Under the pieces are notes generated by a model. That model was not told where the DNA came from and ran no database searches. It saw only the letters and a program-made list of their open reading frames with translations. 24,000 nt of DNA from Aeropyrum pernix K1 (GTDB lineage Archaea; Thermoproteota; Thermoprotei_A; Sulfolobales; Acidilobaceae). A program made the position numbers and the translations under genes. The stretch covers positions 1,206,160 through 1,230,159 of the forward strand of contig NC_000854.2 of assembly GCF_000011125.1 (NCBI RefSeq), given 5' to 3'. Shown here piece after piece: positions 19,404 through 24,000 of this stretch. Position 1 is the stretch's first letter. Each line of letters begins with the position of its first letter.

Positions 19404-20144
19404 TATCGCCTTGAAAGCCCTCGAGAGCGTCTCCCTATTGCTATACCCTGCCACAATACTCCTAAGCTCCTCCTCGCTAGCCCCCGAAAGCTCGTCCACA
19501 AACCTGGTAATATTCCTAGTAGCCCTGACAGCCTCATCCACTATCGTCACGCTAGCCTTCTGCGCCGTCCGGCTGAACGGGTTTAGATCTATAGCGGCAA
19601 CCCTCTTCCCCCACTTAACCAGGGCCTCGGTCCTATCGCCATCCTCTATAGCCAGCAGGACGAAGTCCGCAGAAGCTATACCCTCCACACACACTATGCC
19701 GCGAGGACTCTCCAAGCCGGGCACCCTCGTTTTCTCGCAGTCGGGAGGCAGAAGGCCCTTAACGCCGGCGGAAGCGAGGACCTCGTGAATCCTCCTAACC
19801 CTCTCCTCAGTCCTGTAGAATATGTTAACCTCGACCACCGCCCTACCCCCTAGGGCTTCGGACAGCCTCGCTATCTCCCCCGCCGCGAGGGCGGCATAGT
19901 TCCCGTTTACAGAGATAACCGGCCTCTTCGACAGGAGGAGGTATGCTGCAGCAACCCTCTCAGCCTCCAGGGCGAAGTCATGGCTCTTCTCTCCCAACAG
20001 ATAGTCGAAACACTCCCCCCTCCCGTGGGCTATAAGCCCCTGAGGCACAACCACACCCTTCTCAAACATCTCAACAAGCTTCTCCCTAGCGACGAGAGAC
20101 TCGTACCGTGGGTGGCTCCTGGGTATGTCGAAGCCACCGTGCAA
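19356..20144 (-). CDS. 4-phosphopantoate--beta-alanine ligase (archaeal phosphopantothenate synthetase)
   Basis: 262 aa with family-typical IPRSHPRYESLVAREKLVEMFEKGVVVPQGLIAHGRGECFDYLLGE and AAAYLLLSKRPVISVNGNYAAL. Confidence 0.9.
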   Translation of the reverse strand: MHGGFDIPRSHPRYESLVAREKLVEMFEKGVVVPQGLIAHGRGECFDYLLGEKSHDFALEAERVAAAYLLLSKRPVISVNGNYAALAAGEIARLSEALGGRAVVEVNIFYRTEERVRRIHEVLASAGVKGLLPPDCEKTRVPGLESPRGIVCVEGIASADFVLLAIEDGDRTEALVKWGKRVAAIDLNPFSRTAQKASVTIVDEAVRATRNITRFVDELSGASEEELRSIVAGYSNRETLSRAFKAILDRLSSAADSGVLTQ

Positions 20145-20214
20145 GACGCTTACACCCTCGATACTACGTTACCCGGCAGGGGGGATATCCTAGGCTATAT
20201 GGCGTGGGTGAAGC

Positions 20215-21111
20215 CTACTCCAGCCTGGGGGGGCCTGTGGAGGGCTTGAGAAGCCTCACATCCAGGCCCGCACCAGCCATCCTCCCTACAATCTCACCGA
20301 CAGACCCCTCGCCCGCGGCCACCACCAGAACCCTCTTCTTAACGTAGTAACCGTACACGTCGCCAACCCCAGACAATATTCTGTGGGCCTCGACGCCTAC
20401 GAGCCTCGAGTCAAGGCTCAACAGCCTCGTCACCCTCTCTGCCTCCTCGAAGAACCTGTCCAAGCTAGGCTCCCTGAATATCCTGGAAAGACTCCTGGAA
20501 ACCTCATCCACGAACCTCTGGCTGGAATACATTTCTATAAGCCTACTGGTATCCATAGAGCCGGCCTCACCCGCTATTATATATAGGCCGGGGGGTGTCG
20601 GTATGCAGTCTACCAACGCCTCACCCGGAGGTCCCGGAGAGTATCGGAGCACAAGGCCCACGCCGCAAGCTATAGAAGCAACGTCACCCAAGCCCGTAGA
20701 CCTTCTAACCTCAACCTCGTGTGCAGCCCTGTAGGCCCTAAACACGCCCGCGCCCCTCTCCATGGCCGCGGCGAGAGCCCCCAGTATCGCTGAGGCGGCG
20801 CTGACTGCATACCCCCGCCCAGGCGGCAGGGGGTAGACCAACCGACCGCCGGGCCTAGAGCCTAAGAGCTCCGCCGCCTCGTTAAACTGGGGGAGATCAT
20901 AGCCGGGCTCCCACCCGTCCAGGCCAGGGCAGAACCTTGCCCTAGGCTCTACCGCTAGGCCAACGCCAATACTACCGCTGTACCCCGGGCCAGGCCCGGG
21001 AACCGGCCTAAACAGGGCCGTTATATGGTGTGGAGTTGATAGACATCGCGCCACCCTTAACCCCCGCGCAGACGGCTGTATGCTCCCGGTAAGCTCTAAC
21101 CTTAACCCCAT
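20215..21111 (-). CDS. Pantoate kinase (GHMP superfamily)
   Basis: 298 aa with GHMP-like core [20 protein letters not shown] and [19 protein letters not shown], adjacent to the phosphopantothenate synthetase gene. Confidence 0.8.
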   Translation of the reverse strand: MGLRLELTGSIQPSARGLRVARCLSTPHHITALFRPVPGPGPGYSGSIGVGLAVEPRARFCPGLDGWEPGYDLPQFNEAAELLGSRPGGRLVYPLPPGRGYAVSAASAILGALAAAMERGAGVFRAYRAAHEVEVRRSTGLGDVASIACGVGLVLRYSPGPPGEALVDCIPTPPGLYIIAGEAGSMDTSRLIEMYSSQRFVDEVSRSLSRIFREPSLDRFFEEAERVTRLLSLDSRLVGVEAHRILSGVGDVYGYYVKKRVLVVAAGEGSVGEIVGRMAGAGLDVRLLKPSTGPPRLE

Positions 21112-21141
21112 ATTAAAGGTTTCCCCTGGAATCGCTCAATT

Positions 21142-21810
21142 ATGGAGGGGCCTCACTCGGGGGGTAACCCTGTGCAGCTGAACATCTACCTTAGAGACTC
21201 CAAGCTCTCCCACCCCGTGTTCAAGACTATGTCGGAGATAGCCCTCTTCATAATAAACTCTATAAATGAGATAGACGTGGGCCAGGTAGACCGTTTTGTA
21301 GGCGAGCTAGAGAGGGTCTACAGGGAGAAGCGTAAAGTCCTCGTTATGGGCGCCGGCAGAAGCGGCCTTGTAGGCAAGGCTTTCGCAATGCGCCTTCTCC
21401 ACCTAGGCTTCAACTCCTACGTCCTCGGGGAAACCATAGTCCCCAGCGTCAGGGAGGGAGACCTGGTTGTGGCTATATCGGGCTCAGGGAGGACTAAGGT
21501 GATAGTTACTGCGGCCGAGACGGCTAAGCAGGTCGGAGCTACCGTGGCGGCCATAACCACATACCCCGACAGCCCCTTAGGGAGGCTTTCAGACATAGTA
21601 GTCAGGGTCCCGGGCCGGACTAAATCCAGCAAGATGGACGACTACTTCGCCCGCCAGATACTGGGTATCCATGAGCCCCTAGCACCTCTTGGAACCCTGT
21701 TCGAGGACACCACAATGGTCTTCCTCGACGGAGTAATATACTCCCTTATGACCAGGCTGGGAATCGACGAAGAGTATATGAGGAATATGCACGCCAACGT
21801 AGAGCTATGA
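21142..21810 (+). CDS. 6-phospho-3-hexuloisomerase (SIS domain; possible GTG start at 21172)
   Basis: 222 aa with [45 protein letters not shown] and [37 protein letters not shown]. Confidence 0.9.
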   Translation: MEGPHSGGNPVQLNIYLRDSKLSHPVFKTMSEIALFIINSINEIDVGQVDRFVGELERVYREKRKVLVMGAGRSGLVGKAFAMRLLHLGFNSYVLGETIVPSVREGDLVVAISGSGRTKVIVTAAETAKQVGATVAAITTYPDSPLGRLSDIVVRVPGRTKSSKMDDYFARQILGIHEPLAPLGTLFEDTTMVFLDGVIYSLMTRLGIDEEYMRNMHANVEL

Positions 21811-22667
21811 CCAGAACCTACAGCCTAGTCGAAGGCTGGATAGTAGAAGTCCCAGGCAGCCCGGCTGAATACTGGGTTGTCAAGGGGTACGAACACCCGC
21901 CCGGTAAGGTGGTTGCGACTCCCTATAGAAGGGGCTCGAGGAGGCTCGACCCACGCAGCATAAAGCAGGCACCCATCTGGACTCTAGGATACTTCCCATG
22001 CAGGGGCGGCTCAGCCCCCATGCTCAGCCTGGAGGCGGCCACAGCGAAGCCTGTAAACCCGTGGAGCACGCTGGAGATCAGGTATAGAGACCTACCGCAC
22101 CCTATAAGGGTTCTGCTGGAGGAGGTTAACCCCGAGCTGGCAGGGCTAACAGGCTCCTGGGCAGTCTTCGCCGAAGATGGGGGTAGCGACGTAGACCTCC
22201 TCATATATGGAGATCCCAGCGAGATATACACGGCGTTGGAGTCGCTTGCCTCCAGAGGTGTCATAAAGCCTCACAGGCACGAGCGCAGCCACTACCCACT
22301 GCACAGCGCCAGACTTCTGGACTCCTGCATAAAGTATGGAGGCGTTACGTCATGCTACACCCTCAGGATACTCAGGCACACTAGCCCGCGCGAGTGCTCG
22401 AGGAGGCTAACAGCGATAGGACGCTACACAGGCCCCATAGAAATCATTGGCGAGCAAGAGCCGCTAGACAGCATACTAGTCCCGGCGAGATATAGGTCAG
22501 TGCTGCTGAGGCTGGGAGTGGAAGCCGTGGTGGAGACATGGAGGACAAGCTATCAGGAGCTAAAGCCGGGAGTCTACGAAGGAGACCTCGAATTATTCGT
22601 AGACCAACATGGCGGCATAACTGCCTCTCCCGATCTAGATGGGAAACTCAAATACGTTAGGGCCTAG
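21807..22667 (+). CDS. Predicted nucleotidyltransferase-fold protein
   Basis: 286 aa. [25 protein letters not shown] matches the GS...SDxD nucleotidyltransferase pattern. ATGA overlap with the preceding gene. Confidence 0.6.
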   Translation: MTRTYSLVEGWIVEVPGSPAEYWVVKGYEHPPGKVVATPYRRGSRRLDPRSIKQAPIWTLGYFPCRGGSAPMLSLEAATAKPVNPWSTLEIRYRDLPHPIRVLLEEVNPELAGLTGSWAVFAEDGGSDVDLLIYGDPSEIYTALESLASRGVIKPHRHERSHYPLHSARLLDSCIKYGGVTSCYTLRILRHTSPRECSRRLTAIGRYTGPIEIIGEQEPLDSILVPARYRSVLLRLGVEAVVETWRTSYQELKPGVYEGDLELFVDQHGGITASPDLDGKLKYVRA

Positions 22668-22685
22668 ATACGGGGGGCTGCAGCA

Positions 22686-23618
22686 TTGTATGCTAGTGGC
22701 GACATAAAGCATGTGCATGGAGCCGTGGTCTTTGACAGATACTCTAGGATACATCAAGTAATAGGCATCCCAGCCCCGCCCGACTTCATACCTGCTATAC
22801 CAAAGTACGAGCCGTGCAAGAGACTCACCCCTTGGAGCAGAGCTGGTATAGGCTTCTGCAGGATACTCGTGGAGTACACTCCAGCTGGCGTCGAAGATTC
22901 GGCCAGAAGGCTTGGCATGGAGATGCGTTTCGACGGCCTCTACAACGCCCGCATGCCATACTTACGGCTTGAAGATGTTACGCTCTACACACACCCCCAG
23001 CATGCTCTCGAGCAAGTTTACAGGCAAGGCCATCCACAGGTGCTTAAAACTCTATATAAAATCGCTCGCTCGCTCGAGAAGCTGCCCATAAGAGGGCTGG
23101 GGCTGACAGGCTCCCTCGCCACGCTCACATACAACCCCCTATACTCCGACATAGATGTTGTCGTGTTTGAAGCCCTAGATCCGGCTGGTTTGGTTGAAAC
23201 CCTCGGGACGCTGGGGCGCCCTGAGCTAGATACTATAGAGTATGTAGGGCCGCTCCGCGGATCATACCGCGTCGGCTGGAGGAGGCGGCTGGTAGATGGA
23301 AAGAGGGTAACCTTCGTAGCAGCACCACGAGAGCCCGGTTCGATGTGCAAGCCGCTGAGCACATACTGGGCAATAGACCCTCCCGCCGCCAAAGCCGTCG
23401 AGACCAAGCTATACATACCTCCCGGCCAGCCATCGGCTCTCCACTATCCACCATGCGCTCACTCCGAGGAAGGCGTTTGGATAGTATCCTTCGAATACAA
23501 CGTAGCCCTAGAACTCTTCGAGGGAGGCGAGTTCAGAGTAACAGCAGAGGCCGGATCAAAAGGCCACGCCCTCTATGTCGGCGTAAGGGGGCTAGAAACA
23601 GGCATCCAACGCGTCTAG
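22686..23618 (+). CDS. Predicted nucleotidyltransferase-fold protein (second, divergent)
   Basis: 310 aa. IRGLGLTGSLATLTYNPLYSDIDVVVFE fits the GS...SDxD pattern. It follows the previous gene by 18 nt. Confidence 0.6.
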   Translation: MYASGDIKHVHGAVVFDRYSRIHQVIGIPAPPDFIPAIPKYEPCKRLTPWSRAGIGFCRILVEYTPAGVEDSARRLGMEMRFDGLYNARMPYLRLEDVTLYTHPQHALEQVYRQGHPQVLKTLYKIARSLEKLPIRGLGLTGSLATLTYNPLYSDIDVVVFEALDPAGLVETLGTLGRPELDTIEYVGPLRGSYRVGWRRRLVDGKRVTFVAAPREPGSMCKPLSTYWAIDPPAAKAVETKLYIPPGQPSALHYPPCAHSEEGVWIVSFEYNVALELFEGGEFRVTAEAGSKGHALYVGVRGLETGIQRV

Positions 23619-23698
23619 AGGAGAAGGGATCTGCCGACACCCTCCAGGCGTGTCATAGCGGGTCGAACTCCTAAATTCCCCCAGGCCACAACGCTAGA

Positions 23699-24000
23699 GT
23701 GACACGGGGCAGGATAGTCTTGAAAGACAGAAGCAAGTCTGAGCTGGCCGCGACAATAGCTCGCGGGCTTCTAAGCCCCGCCCACGCCTCCATAATAGAC
23801 GTCGAGAGGGCTAGAGAGGAGGATGTCGAGGAGATAATTCTGGAGGCTGGCGTGAAGGGTATAGTTAGAAAAATCAGGGTAGATAACTTGATCATAGTAA
23901 CTATAAACACAGAATTCCTCGAGAGAGCATGCTTCTACGAGAAGTGCAGCAGACTAAGGGACAAGCCCGAGGCGCTTAGAGAGTGCATGGCCAAGTGTAT
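23699..24000 (+). CDS. Hypothetical protein, partial (GTG start; continues beyond the window)
   Basis: Manual translation: MTRGRIVLKDRSKSELAATIARGLLSPAHASIIDVERAREEDVEEIILEAGVKGIVRKIRVDNLIIVTINTEFLERACFYEKCSRLRDKPEALRECMAKCI..., with no stop to the window end. Absent from the ORF track because it is truncated. Confidence 0.75.
   Translation, partial: MTRGRIVLKDRSKSELAATIARGLLSPAHASIIDVERAREEDVEEIILEAGVKGIVRKIRVDNLIIVTINTEFLERACFYEKCSRLRDKPEALRECMAKC

Overview
This window looks like chromosomal DNA of a hyperthermophilic crenarchaeon, most likely Aeropyrum (inferred from intron positions and gene content; no search was run). The centre, about 8.1-15.05 kb, is a minus-strand 16S-23S rRNA operon. 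I resolve three archaeal introns in it, each by exon continuity plus a bulge-helix-bulge (BHB) fold: 701 nt in 16S, and 202 nt and 574 nt in 23S. The 701-nt and 574-nt introns carry LAGLIDADG homing-endonuclease ORFs, and both ORFs read across the 3' splice site and stop inside rRNA exon sequence. Long processing stems flank 16S and 23S, including a 23-bp perfect helix linking the 16S-23S spacer to the downstream trailer. The left part holds an archaellum cluster with two tandem flagellins sharing a 191-bp identical segment, an ABC transporter, an MFS transporter and an M20-type peptidase. The right part holds a VTT/DedA-like membrane protein, a second ABC exporter, the archaeal CoA genes (phosphopantothenate synthetase and pantoate kinase), 6-phospho-3-hexuloisomerase, two tandem nucleotidyltransferase-like genes and a truncated cysteine-containing CDS missing from the ORF track. 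I found no CRISPR array, transposon or recognisable defence system. The most interesting signals are RNA-structural: the rRNA leader hairpins, the composite 23S stem, the exon-terminated intron ORFs, a 26-bp perfect palindrome, and an unexplained 355-bp spacer between convergent genes.
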